Assembly (NCBI GenBank): GCA_003176045.1
Contig: PSRM01000068.1
Coordinates: 60,084-124,083 of the forward strand
Direction: 5' to 3'
DNA from: Verrucomicrobiota bacterium
Lineage (GTDB): Bacteria > Verrucomicrobiota > Verrucomicrobiia > Limisphaerales > UBA8199
DNA: 64,000 nucleotides
Shown here: piece after piece, positions 1 to 8,669 of the stretch
How the letters are laid out: every line of letters begins with the position of its first letter
How positions within the stretch are numbered: position 1 is the first letter of the stretch
The notes under the pieces: model-generated
What the model was told of the DNA's origin: nothing
What the model saw: only the letters and a program-made list of their open reading frames with translations
The model's database searches: none
Translations under genes and position numbers: made by a program

Positions 1-1880
1 TGGACGAATTGCCGGGGATTGGTGGAGCTGGCGAGGAGGAATCCGAGGCGGACTTCGGGAATATCAATGCCTTCGTCGAGGCAGCGGATGGCGACGACGG
101 CGTCGAGGCTGCCGTCGCGGAGGGCGGCGAGGATGGCTTCACGATCCTCCGGCGGCTCTTCATAGGTGAATTTGCGGACGCGGAGGCCATGCTCCTCGCC
201 GAGCAGGCGCGACACGGCGCGAATTTGGCGCTCGTCCTCCTCGGTGACGGGCTGCTCTACCCGGCCGTCGCCGCAGTAAACGATAGCTTTGGTAGGCGGG
301 GTAGTTAAGGATTTAAGAACGGCAGAGAGGGCGGGAAGTTTGTTAGCCGCCGAAGCAAGGAGCCGAGCGCGTTTGATGAGAAGCCAAAGGAGCTGGTCGC
401 TCATCCCTTCGCCTTCGCTGGCGGGGAGGTGGCGGCAGAGCTGTAGAGTGAGATCATAGTACCGGTCGGACTCCTCGGCGGTCAGATCAACGAGGACCGG
501 GTAATAGAAATACGGGCAGAGAACGGGCGGGTTGGCTTTGATGGCATCGGCTATGGTGAATTCGTAAGCGATATCGCCGAAGTAATCGAAAATAGCCTTC
601 GTACCTTCCTCGTCCCAGCGGCGCTCGGGTGTAGCGGAAAGTCCGAGGCGGAGCTGGATAAAATCGGGGAGAGCGGTTTTGAGCTTCGCAGCGCCGAGAT
701 TGTGAACTTCATCGGCGACTAAAAGGTGGTGACCGAGCTTGGGCTGGAGCGCAGCCTGAAAAGCCGTCGAGAGAAAGGTGTCATTGGTGACGACCAGGCC
801 AATCACTTCGGTCATGCCAGCGGCCAAGCGCTGGTAGGCTTCCTGAAGGGGGAGTTCCCAGCGGGCGCGGCCCTCGAAGCAGGGAACGGCGGAAATGCCG
901 AAGCGGGCCATCTCGCGGCCCCATTGTTTAGCGAGGTTCAGGTAAGGAGCGACGACGAGGAGCACCAACGGACGGTTGCGTTCGGCCACTTTGCACGCGA
1001 GGTAGAGGGCGGTAATGGTTTTGCCGGTACCGGTGGCCATGGAGAGAATGCCGCGGCCGTTGCGTTTGAGCCATTCGCGGATAGCGTCTTTCTGGTATTC
1101 GCGAAGGGTGAGGTCTGGCGGAACGGTTCCGGGCTTAAGGTCTTTGGGCGGAATCCAGTATTGGACGTGCGCTTCATGGAGCTCGGGGGTATGGGGAAGC
1201 TGGTAACGTTGAAGGAGCTCTTTGGAGACGGCGGTGAAATCCAGCACGCGGAGACCGGGCGTACGGTCGGACCAGAGTAATTCGAAGTTGATAAGTTCCT
1301 CTTTGACGCGGCCCTGGAGATCGTCCCAGGACCAGAACACTTTGATGCTTTCGAAGTTGTCCACGAGGCCAGCGGCTGTTTCGTTGGCGGAGCCGGCGAA
1401 AGCGACGTTGTTGCCTTCGGCATCGGTGAAGATACCGATTTTCTCGTGGTAGATGCCGCGCGCAAGGCGCCCATTTTCATCGAGGCGGATGGCCAGGCGG
1501 ACTTCGAGAGAACCGTCGGCAATGAGCCAGGCGAGAGCATTGAGGCGCTCGCGCTCCAGGAGGTCTTCAATTTCGGAGAGGGAGCGGGCGACAATCTGGC
1601 GCAGAACAGTCGTTGGATTGTCCTTGGCCAGTTCAAGGGCCTGGATGTCGGCTTCTTCGAGGTGAGGTGAGGCGACCAGTTGCATTTTGCCATGGCGGGA
1701 AACGAGACTGGCGACGCCGCGGGCGGCGGACGCGAGGCTGGAGCTGGTAAAGTAACCGACCGCGCGGCGGTAGAGGGTGGCACACTCCATGCAGGGGATG
1801 TAGAAGTCTCTGAGGAGATCATCCCGACCGCTGCGGTAGCAGATTCGAAGGCGCTGGGCTAACGCTGGGAGACTTGGCAT
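1..1880 (-). CDS. PLD (HKD) nuclease domain fused to SF2 DEAD/DEAH (type III res-like) helicase; C-terminus cut by window edge
   Basis: Absent from the ORF track because there is no stop in the window. My hand translation of the minus strand from ATG 1880-1878 stays open to position 1 (MPSLPALAQRLRICYRSGRDDLL...). Motifs: HKD YHEKIGIFTD...GSANET, Walker A SMATGTGKT, DEVH box LLVADEVHNLG, motif III LSATPER, C-lobe CLDEGIDIPEV. Listed ORFs 9..308+, 726..1280+ and 938..1822- are shadow frames of this gene. Confidence 0.8.
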   Translation of the reverse strand, partial: MPSLPALAQRLRICYRSGRDDLLRDFYIPCMECATLYRRAVGYFTSSSLASAARGVASLVSRHGKMQLVASPHLEEADIQALELAKDNPTTVLRQIVARSLSEIEDLLERERLNALAWLIADGSLEVRLAIRLDENGRLARGIYHEKIGIFTDAEGNNVAFAGSANETAAGLVDNFESIKVFWSWDDLQGRVKEELINFELLWSDRTPGLRVLDFTAVSKELLQRYQLPHTPELHEAHVQYWIPPKDLKPGTVPPDLTLREYQKDAIREWLKRNGRGILSMATGTGKTITALYLACKVAERNRPLVLLVVAPYLNLAKQWGREMARFGISAVPCFEGRARWELPLQEAYQRLAAGMTEVIGLVVTNDTFLSTAFQAALQPKLGHHLLVADEVHNLGAAKLKTALPDFIQLRLGLSATPERRWDEEGTKAIFDYFGDIAYEFTIADAIKANPPVLCPYFYYPVLVDLTAEESDRYYDLTLQLCRHLPASEGEGMSDQLLWLLIKRARLLASAANKLPALSAVLKSLTTPPTKAIVYCGDGRVEQPVTEEDERQIRAVSRLLGEEHGLRVRKFTYEEPPEDREAILAALRDGSLDAVVAIRCLDEGIDIPEVRLGFLLASSTNPRQFV

Positions 1881-1902
1881 CTGGGAAGGTGGTTGATGGG
1901 GC

Positions 1903-2772
1903 CTAGAGGATCTGAGAAAGAGGCACGTAGAGGTTTCTGGTCAAACTTGCGTCGAGTGCGCCAACGTGAGTGCGTGCCGTTGACCACTTGTTCAGGTCGG
2001 CTTTCAGCGACAAGGTGTACGCGAGATGTCTTCCAGAGCGCAAAACGATGGGGAGATTCTTTGCTGCTTCCACAATCGCCGGGTTGAACTCCAGATTGGA
2101 CGCAAAGATGTAAACCAAGCCGATGCCGTCGGCCGCTTTGTCGATTCCTACAGCTTTCTGGTAATCGTGCCATTTGAGGCTATGTCTGAGGAGCAGGAAC
2201 TTGGTGTAATCACTGAACAGCGTCTCTTTCGAGACCTCGTTCTGAGCGGTCTTGGCCTGGACAAGGAAGCAAACGCCTTTGAAGGGACCCTTTTCGTGTA
2301 TGCCTATCAGATCCAGGCCAGCGTCGCCGCTCGTGTCGGTAATAAAAATGCGGGTGCATCCCAAGAGGAAGAGGTAGGTGGCACAGCAAAATAGAAACTC
2401 ACGCTCGTAGCAGCTTCGCACCCATTGCCAAACGTCGCAGTAATGTTGAGGCAATGTGGCACGTCCTGAAATTGTCCCGAACTTCGGGTGCTTCCAGGTG
2501 ACGATTGCTCCGTGTTGATCTGTGACGTGGAGCGGGCAGGGTATTCCAAGCGACTCCCACTCGCCGCAGACTATCAGGATCTTAGTCAGGATCAGATCGA
2601 TGTTCTTCTCAGCATACTCATCGGCAACCATGGCGACACAGCCCCTCGTTTTTAGGAAGCTGGCGAATTCAACACGGGCGTTGAGCCGTTCGGGCACATT
2701 GGCTCCTATGACCGAGTCCCAAATGTGACGGTACGAGAACTCGCTGACGTCGTTGCCGGAGGGTAAGGGCAT
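1903..2772 (-). CDS. Mrr-cat-like PD-(D/E)xK restriction-endonuclease-fold protein
   Basis: 289-aa ORF. The C-terminal half has the pattern GDAGLDLIGIH...FLVQAKT typical of Mrr-type nuclease cores. It starts 1 nt after the upstream stop and ends 22 nt before the helicase start. Confidence 0.55.
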   Translation of the reverse strand: MPLPSGNDVSEFSYRHIWDSVIGANVPERLNARVEFASFLKTRGCVAMVADEYAEKNIDLILTKILIVCGEWESLGIPCPLHVTDQHGAIVTWKHPKFGTISGRATLPQHYCDVWQWVRSCYEREFLFCCATYLFLLGCTRIFITDTSGDAGLDLIGIHEKGPFKGVCFLVQAKTAQNEVSKETLFSDYTKFLLLRHSLKWHDYQKAVGIDKAADGIGLVYIFASNLEFNPAIVEAAKNLPIVLRSGRHLAYTLSLKADLNKWSTARTHVGALDASLTRNLYVPLSQIL

Positions 2773-2773
2773 C

Positions 2774-3937
2774 TCAAATCTGATTTGGGTCGGAGGTTGC
2801 GGCTGTAGCCTTTTGAGCCCCTAGACCGGAGGCGACCGATTGGGCCTTTTTGCGAAGGTTCTCGATCTGGGCGATTAGGCCGGTGGTCGCGGAAAGGATC
2901 GCATTGGCATCGTTGTCGATTGCAGAATTGGGGATGTCGCCGAGCAGGTTGTTTATCTTCTTGAAAGTACTTTCCCAGTCGTATGGAGAGTAGTCGTCAG
3001 TGAGCTTCTGGTTTGCCGCTTCGATCGCGATCTCGTGTTTATCAATTTTGCTCAGGAGGCCTTCTTGCTTGCCTACGAGAAGACGGCCCAGCATGGCTAT
3101 GTGGCGCGGATCATGTATGCGGCGTTGGTTTTCGTGCTCCTCGTCTGGACAAATCCAGCCGTAAAACTGTTTCAAGTTGTCGTTGTTCTTAAAGCACTTA
3201 TTTTCGTCGTCCCACCCGAGCCAGCCCTTGACGTATTTGTCGCGGATGGCTTCTTCGAAGAGGCTATAAAACTTGTTTTCGGCTTTGCTCTGGAACTCTT
3301 CATCCTCACGCATTTGTTGAAGGGCCTTATAGCTTCGGTATCGTCGGCCCACAGCCTGGGCGGAGAGGCCAAATTGTTGTCCAGCTTCGGCCAATCCCAT
3401 GCCTTGCTTGTCAATTTGGTCTGCGATCAGCTTGCCTTGCTGGGCCGGCATCCAGTCTCGTATTCCTCCGATGTGACGGATGCCCTGCAGAATCCACGCG
3501 ATGTCTTTGGTGTCCGAGCCTTCGTAGACCAAAACATCGATGTTATCGGTGGCATTCTTGAGGGTTTGCAGGTACTCCTCGGTTATGTTCGTTTCCGCGA
3601 CGGTCCCGTCGTTGATTTGTTCTCTGAGCGTTTTGAGGGCGGCAAGACGCCGGTTGCCTTCAACGGCGACATACTTGCCAGGCAGCCCAGCAAGTTCACG
3701 AACTACGACGCGATCGAGTGGCAAGAAGCCATTGCGCAGGATGCTATTCTTGAGTTCCTCAATTCCGTGATTGGAGATTCGCGCGCGGGTCCTACTCTGG
3801 TGAGTTTCCTCTGGGACTTTGATGTCAGGAACGTCGGCGGTCTTTTGGGTTTGCTCGGACCAAAAGCGAGGATTGTTTGGGTCCAGGTAAACGCAGTCGA
3901 TTGAGACGGTCTTCTGCTTTAGTTGATCGTTGTACAT
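2774..3937 (-). CDS. ParB/Srx N-terminal-domain (ParB-like nuclease) protein
   Basis: 387-aa ORF with DPNNPRF and VAVEGNRRLAALKTL, the GxRR box of the ParB/sulfiredoxin fold. No DGQHR motif. The long C-terminal region is unassigned. Confidence 0.65.
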   Translation of the reverse strand: MYNDQLKQKTVSIDCVYLDPNNPRFWSEQTQKTADVPDIKVPEETHQSRTRARISNHGIEELKNSILRNGFLPLDRVVVRELAGLPGKYVAVEGNRRLAALKTLREQINDGTVAETNITEEYLQTLKNATDNIDVLVYEGSDTKDIAWILQGIRHIGGIRDWMPAQQGKLIADQIDKQGMGLAEAGQQFGLSAQAVGRRYRSYKALQQMREDEEFQSKAENKFYSLFEEAIRDKYVKGWLGWDDENKCFKNNDNLKQFYGWICPDEEHENQRRIHDPRHIAMLGRLLVGKQEGLLSKIDKHEIAIEAANQKLTDDYSPYDWESTFKKINNLLGDIPNSAIDNDANAILSATTGLIAQIENLRKKAQSVASGLGAQKATAATSDPNQI

Positions 3938-3974
3938 AAGCGGCTTCTATATTTTTGGTGGCTTGTATCCATAT

Positions 3975-4415
3975 TCAAATGTGGTCTTCGTGTATGTCCT
4001 CGGCCTTCTTGCAAAGCAGACACGCCAGTTCCAGATGGAGCCTTGCTGGCGTGCAAGCAGTCAATTCGTGGCTCAAGTATTTAAGGCCGACATCGGCGAA
4101 GCTTTCGACGAGGCGGCAGAGGCGATCTTCGTCGCGGGCGATGTCGGCGTTCCGCTCGGTGGCGAGGCCGATAAGGAGAAGGTTTGGAAATAGGCCCTGG
4201 TTTTTGAAAACGGCGAGGTCGATCGGATAAATATTCGAGAGGAATTCTTTCGTATCTTGCGGTTTTCGGCCATGGAGGCGGTCAAAGCCACAGGAGGCGG
4301 CAAACACCACCATATCGGCGTAGGTATCGAAGCAGGCATTTTCGGCTGGTTCGTCCGAACGCCGGCAGAAGGGTACCAGCGTTTCAGCGGAGGTGGCTAG
4401 GCGTATGGCGGGCAT
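3975..4415 (-). CDS. 146-aa hypothetical protein translationally coupled to the upstream ATPase
   Basis: Track ORF 3975..4628 trimmed to Met72. Its ATG (4415-4413) overlaps the ATPase TGA (4417-4415) as TGATG. The discarded N-terminal extension is an out-of-frame read of the ATPase. Sequence MPAIRLATSAETLVPFCRRSDEP...; possible resemblance to Dnd-associated small proteins is from memory only. Confidence 0.5.
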   Translation of the reverse strand: MPAIRLATSAETLVPFCRRSDEPAENACFDTYADMVVFAASCGFDRLHGRKPQDTKEFLSNIYPIDLAVFKNQGLFPNLLLIGLATERNADIARDEDRLCRLVESFADVGLKYLSHELTACTPARLHLELACLLCKKAEDIHEDHI

Positions 4416-6547
4416 CAGTTTAGGGGGATGATTTTTGTGTAAGGGCTCTGCTGCGCTCCAGGCAGTTCTTCGAGAAGCCGTACGCTTTTTGCCCCGACCT
4501 GGTAGGAGAAGTCCGAGAGTTTTGGGTCCTTTTCCCGCCACTCCAGGATTTTTTCGGGCAGGGTATGGTATTGGAAACCCAAGATCCGCGAAGCAGCGGG
4601 TTCGATAATTGGCTGGACGAGATTCCATTGCTGGCGGGCAAGCAGGAGAACGACCTGACGGGCATTGCCCTCAAGGAAATTGGCGATGGCATGTGCGTAG
4701 TGATCGGTGACCTGATTAAACGGCGAATCGAGAAAGAAGGACTGGTCGTCGAGCTTGCCAAAACCGATGCCGAGCTTTTGCATCTGGACGTGGAGGCTTT
4801 TGCGGAGGCGAGCGACCGAAACGATGTACGCGAGGGCAAGGAGCTGGGACTGGCCGCCGCCGAGGTTCCCACGAACCTGACCATTTGCTTCGATGGCGGG
4901 CAGGAGGGTGCCGCGGTTAATGTGGGCTTTGCTGCCGTCGGTAGCCGAGGTGTCGTAATATTCCGTCACGGACCCCTGAAGCATGTGATGGAAGGAGCGG
5001 TTTAATTGCTCGCGGGATTCCTGGATGAGCAAGCGGAGCTTCTCGGCGCGCGCGCGGGCCTTTTGGAGGATGCGCTCTTTTTGGGCCAAGGCGCCAGAGG
5101 GGCGCGCTCGTTCCATTTTCTCTTTAAGGTTTTTGAGGGTTTTCTGAGTCGCGGCGATGGAATCCTCAAGCTGGGTGATTTCGCCCTTGAGGGTTTCGCG
5201 GGAACGCGCGAGTTCGCGGAGCTTGGCAGTGAGCGTACGGATTTCCTCGATGGGCGAGGCTTGGAGTTTTTTCTCGAGGTCAGAGACGGAAGCGTCGAGC
5301 TTTTCGATTTCGGCTAAGGCGCGGGCGCGGGACTCCTGGGCAGCTTTGAGTTTTGTAGTGATGTCGGCGGTGAACTTGGTGTAGCTGTGGGAATTTGATT
5401 CCTGAACGGCGTTCAGGAGGTCACTGAGACCGCGGTTGAGGTCCACGCTGAGGGTTTTTTCCTTGTAGCGCTTCCACGCGAGACGGGTCTCGTCGTCGTG
5501 GGGGCGTCCGCAGACGCAAGCGGGCGAGGAGAGGATGCGGTTGACGAAGCGCTCGGAAACATCGGCAGGGATGATGTTGTCTTCCTGCATTTGGCGGAGG
5601 ATAGACGTGGCGACAGGGAGGGCCTGCAGGACGAACGGGACACCGCGGGAGCCGCCAACCAGCCGGGCGATGTCGCCATCGGCACGTTCACGGGCTTTCC
5701 TAGCGGATTCGAGTTTCGTTCGGAAATCGCGTATTTGGGAGACAAGCCGCTCGGCGTCGCCGCCGCTGCCCAACTCCTGGAGGCGGACCGTGACATCGTC
5801 GAAATTGCCAGTGGTCTCATCCAACTGCTTTTTCTTCGCGGCTAGTTTCTCCTGCTCTTTAAGCATGTGTTTACGAAAGAGTTCTTCATTATTTAGAAGC
5901 TCGCTGTATTCCTTGTTCTTTTCGGTGAGTCGGCCCAGGTCCTTTGTGTAGGAGTGGCGGACTGCTTCGGCGGCAGTTTCGGCGTCCTGCCAGCGGTCTT
6001 CGTGGAGGAAGGAGGCGAGGGACTCGCGAATGGCGGTGACCCCGCCGAGTAGTTTACCGTCGAGGGGTTCGCCTTTGAAGTAAAAGGCGTCGAAGAGCTG
6101 CTCGGGAACCAGGGTGCGGAGTTTGGTCTGATAGAGGCCATCGGCATCTACCACAAGGGAAAGTCTTGGGACACGGTAAACCCTGGTGAACTGGAGCTCC
6201 GGTGGCATCCACTGGTCCTGGCCGCGCTTGCGCGTCTTGACGGTGCGACGGAGGGTCAGGTCTTCGTCTTCAAGTTCGAGGGTAACTTCGACCCAGCCGG
6301 CCACTTCGTGGCCGACCGAGGCGGCACCGCGCCGGCCGTCGTGGATGAGACGATAGGCGGTGAGTTCGGTGCAGTCGGGGAGGTGGCCGTAGAAAAGGAA
6401 TTTTAGAGCGCGGATGATGTTGGTCTTGCCGCTGTTGTTGGGGGCGAGGATGACGACGAGGTTGTGATCTTTCTGGGTGGGCAGTTGGATGACCTGTTCA
6501 CCCGGGAAGACAAGGAAATCGCAGATGCGCAGCTCTTTTATTAGCAT
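4415..6547 (-). CDS. DndD-like SMC/ABC-type ATPase (Walker A, coiled coils, zinc-hook-like CxC, signature and Walker B)
   Basis: Track ORF 4415..6661 trimmed to MLIKELRICDF (ATG 6547). Motifs: Walker A APNNSGKTN, FYFKGEPLD, long coiled-coil segments, SSPACVCGRPHD, signature-like GGGQSQLLALAYI, Walker B SFFLDSPFNQVTDHY. The K/R-rich 38-aa extension was rejected. Confidence 0.75.
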   Translation of the reverse strand: MLIKELRICDFLVFPGEQVIQLPTQKDHNLVVILAPNNSGKTNIIRALKFLFYGHLPDCTELTAYRLIHDGRRGAASVGHEVAGWVEVTLELEDEDLTLRRTVKTRKRGQDQWMPPELQFTRVYRVPRLSLVVDADGLYQTKLRTLVPEQLFDAFYFKGEPLDGKLLGGVTAIRESLASFLHEDRWQDAETAAEAVRHSYTKDLGRLTEKNKEYSELLNNEELFRKHMLKEQEKLAAKKKQLDETTGNFDDVTVRLQELGSGGDAERLVSQIRDFRTKLESARKARERADGDIARLVGGSRGVPFVLQALPVATSILRQMQEDNIIPADVSERFVNRILSSPACVCGRPHDDETRLAWKRYKEKTLSVDLNRGLSDLLNAVQESNSHSYTKFTADITTKLKAAQESRARALAEIEKLDASVSDLEKKLQASPIEEIRTLTAKLRELARSRETLKGEITQLEDSIAATQKTLKNLKEKMERARPSGALAQKERILQKARARAEKLRLLIQESREQLNRSFHHMLQGSVTEYYDTSATDGSKAHINRGTLLPAIEANGQVRGNLGGGQSQLLALAYIVSVARLRKSLHVQMQKLGIGFGKLDDQSFFLDSPFNQVTDHYAHAIANFLEGNARQVVLLLARQQWNLVQPIIEPAASRILGFQYHTLPEKILEWREKDPKLSDFSYQVGAKSVRLLEELPGAQQSPYTKIIPLN

Positions 6548-6554
6548 GGCGACG

Positions 6555-6767
6555 TTATTGGCTGAGGGAATCCTCGATGGCCTGTTTGAGGCTGTCTTCT
6601 TTTTCCGTTTCCGATCTGGCATCAGCGCCGGGAGAAACATAGAGGTTGAGGGCCTTTGCAAACAGGGATTGCATGGCTTCGTCCTGCAGGTCGAGGAGGT
6701 CGAGAAGCGAGGTAATTTCGATCTCGGCGTGGCGGGATTTAAGAGCTTTTGATGAGGACGCGCTCAT
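6555..6767 (-). CDS. 70-aa acidic hypothetical protein
   Basis: ORF starts 5 nt after the AIPR stop and ends 7 nt before the ATPase start. It is acidic and helical-looking (EIEITSLLDLLDLQDEAMQSLF). No recognisable motif. Confidence 0.45.
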   Translation of the reverse strand: MSASSSKALKSRHAEIEITSLLDLLDLQDEAMQSLFAKALNLYVSPGADARSETEKEDSLKQAIEDSLSQ

Positions 6768-6772
6768 TGGGT

Positions 6773-8632
6773 TCAGATCATCGTTCGATCCCTTTCCTCC
6801 AGTCGCTCGTCGAAGTTGCGAACGAACTCGAAAACATCCACGTTGTCTTTGAGGTAGAGAGATTTCTGAGCTTTTTCGAAGGCGGCATTTAGGCTCTCTG
6901 TCTTCGTATCCTCAAGGCACATAAACCGTTCCTGTATTTGGCTCTTGATCCGGGAGTGATAATTATCGAGTTGCTTGGCGATTTCGTCTCTGAGCGCGCG
7001 GTCCCTTCCCACGATAGAGGTGCCGTAATCTTCCAGCGGACCGAATACTTCATTCTTGGCCAGATACCTACACAGCAGGCAGAGCGCGTAATAGAGGACC
7101 TTGCCTGCTTTTACATAGCTTGTACTCCAGTCGAGGCCGAGGTCGTTTTTCAGGACTACGCCGAGAACGTTGTGCAGGTTTTGGAGGAAGACGAGGAAGT
7201 GCACCGACACGGTTCGCGTTTGGGAAAAGCAGCGGTTGTACGCTGCATCGCTTTCGAATAGATCGTTGGTGTTCCGGGCGAAAGTGATATCCCCAGCCGC
7301 GGCAGCAAGGCATCGTGCGAGGTCTTCGATATTGACTGGACCCCACGTTGAATTCAGGAACGCGCGGCCAAGCCTTTTCGGGTCGCTTTCCTCGACATAT
7401 TCAAACGCCCCCTCCTGGCGCTCATAGAAAACCTCTATGTCTGAAAAACGTTGCTCAAGTGCAATCTGGGTTGGGTCGTTTGCCCGCAACGCAGCGGCGG
7501 TAATCGCATTTTGTCGGTTGTTGTTGACTGTGACGGTTCGGATGAGCTCCTCGTCGCGGCTGTTGATTACACGCACCGGGATTGTGATGCGGTCCCAGAG
7601 GGCGTCGTCCATTTTAGGGGTGGAGTTGGAGGGGCAACGGAAGCGGTAAGCGGTGATAATGGTCTGACACCCGTTCAGCACATATGGGTCGCGGAAGGAA
7701 AGGAGCCCCGAGGAGAGCACGACGTCGCGCGCGTGTATGGTCACGCCATTGTGATATAGGGCGAACGTTTCCGGGTCTACGATTGGTGGCTTGTCAACGC
7801 AGATAGCTCGCAGCGTCCTTTTGATTCGGGCGGATGGCCCCTTCTCCACGTTTCTGCCAGACGTAATGAACAGCCTAACGTTTTTGGAAAAAAGGTCTTC
7901 TTTGCGGGTAGCAAACATGGCGACAAGGTCGGCGAGGCGTCCAATCCCGATGAACATGTTCGTTTGGGTACTTTGTGCGACAGGGAGGGACGTACCCTGG
8001 AACCTTATAGTTTTAGCCGGGGACGGCTGAAGGTCGGGAGGAGGGAGGTGCTCGATATACCTTGGGCCTTCGAGGCGAAGCTTGAACACCGCGTCCGGCA
8101 GGACGTCCCGGCAATCCTCTTTGAAGACATCTTGCGTCTCTCTTGTTTTGTTGTTGAGCAGGGCATCATCTTCTTCGTTGAGGTGCACGACAACAAATTC
8201 GAGCTTGAGCTTAGGTCGTTCTTCGGGAGGCAGGTTGGCCAGGTCGGCACGAAGATTGACGAGGAGCTTGCTGTCCGTGGCGGGAGACGCCTCGGAGGAA
8301 CCCAAGGCGGATTTAAGCCAAACAAGTGATTTTTTAAAATCCCTGGCTCCCTGGGCGATGAGCTTCACGCTATCGGAGTACTTGGTTTGAATCAGAACAA
8401 GGGTGGGCGGTTTGCCATCGTCACGGAGGAGGTGAAATGCGTCGAGACCGTGATCAAGACCGGACCCGTCGGGGCCTTGTTTGCTTTCCGCGGAGCAGCG
8501 TATCGCTTCTGTGGCAGAGACGCCGTAGGTCTTTGTCAGATACCACGGCGCGAAGCATTCTTCGATGCCATCACCATGTGCGTAGCACTCTTTGAAATCT
8601 TTTACTTGTTCGCGAATATCTGCGGCGGGCAT
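6773..8632 (-). CDS. AIPR-family abortive-infection protein
   Basis: 619-aa ORF. N-terminal nuclease-like GLDAFHLL...LVLIQTKYS. C-terminal ALYHNGVTI and VLNGCQTI resemble the AIPR (Abi-like) core as I remember it. Confidence 0.7.
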   Translation of the reverse strand: MPAADIREQVKDFKECYAHGDGIEECFAPWYLTKTYGVSATEAIRCSAESKQGPDGSGLDHGLDAFHLLRDDGKPPTLVLIQTKYSDSVKLIAQGARDFKKSLVWLKSALGSSEASPATDSKLLVNLRADLANLPPEERPKLKLEFVVVHLNEEDDALLNNKTRETQDVFKEDCRDVLPDAVFKLRLEGPRYIEHLPPPDLQPSPAKTIRFQGTSLPVAQSTQTNMFIGIGRLADLVAMFATRKEDLFSKNVRLFITSGRNVEKGPSARIKRTLRAICVDKPPIVDPETFALYHNGVTIHARDVVLSSGLLSFRDPYVLNGCQTIITAYRFRCPSNSTPKMDDALWDRITIPVRVINSRDEELIRTVTVNNNRQNAITAAALRANDPTQIALEQRFSDIEVFYERQEGAFEYVEESDPKRLGRAFLNSTWGPVNIEDLARCLAAAAGDITFARNTNDLFESDAAYNRCFSQTRTVSVHFLVFLQNLHNVLGVVLKNDLGLDWSTSYVKAGKVLYYALCLLCRYLAKNEVFGPLEDYGTSIVGRDRALRDEIAKQLDNYHSRIKSQIQERFMCLEDTKTESLNAAFEKAQKSLYLKDNVDVFEFVRNFDERLEERDRTMI

Positions 8633-8669
8633 AGGAACCTTGAGGCAGTCTGTCGGTGTTCAGGAGAGG

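Noticed and set aside
726-1822. Track ORFs 726..1280+ (184 aa), 938..1822- (294 aa, Ser/Pro/Thr-rich) and neighbours
   Set aside because: These are low-complexity shadow frames. The third minus-strand frame encodes a continuous protein with HKD, Walker A and DEVH motifs across the whole interval.
3035-3904. 289-aa plus-strand ORF
   Set aside because: It is antisense to the ParB-domain gene, has no motifs, and has shadow-frame composition.
6548-6661. 38-codon N-terminal extension of the ATPase ORF (MQRPSTSMFLPALMPDRKRKKKTAS...)
   Set aside because: It is K/R-rich and overlaps the 70-aa ORF. The canonical N-terminus MLIKELRICDF...NNSGKT begins at 6547.
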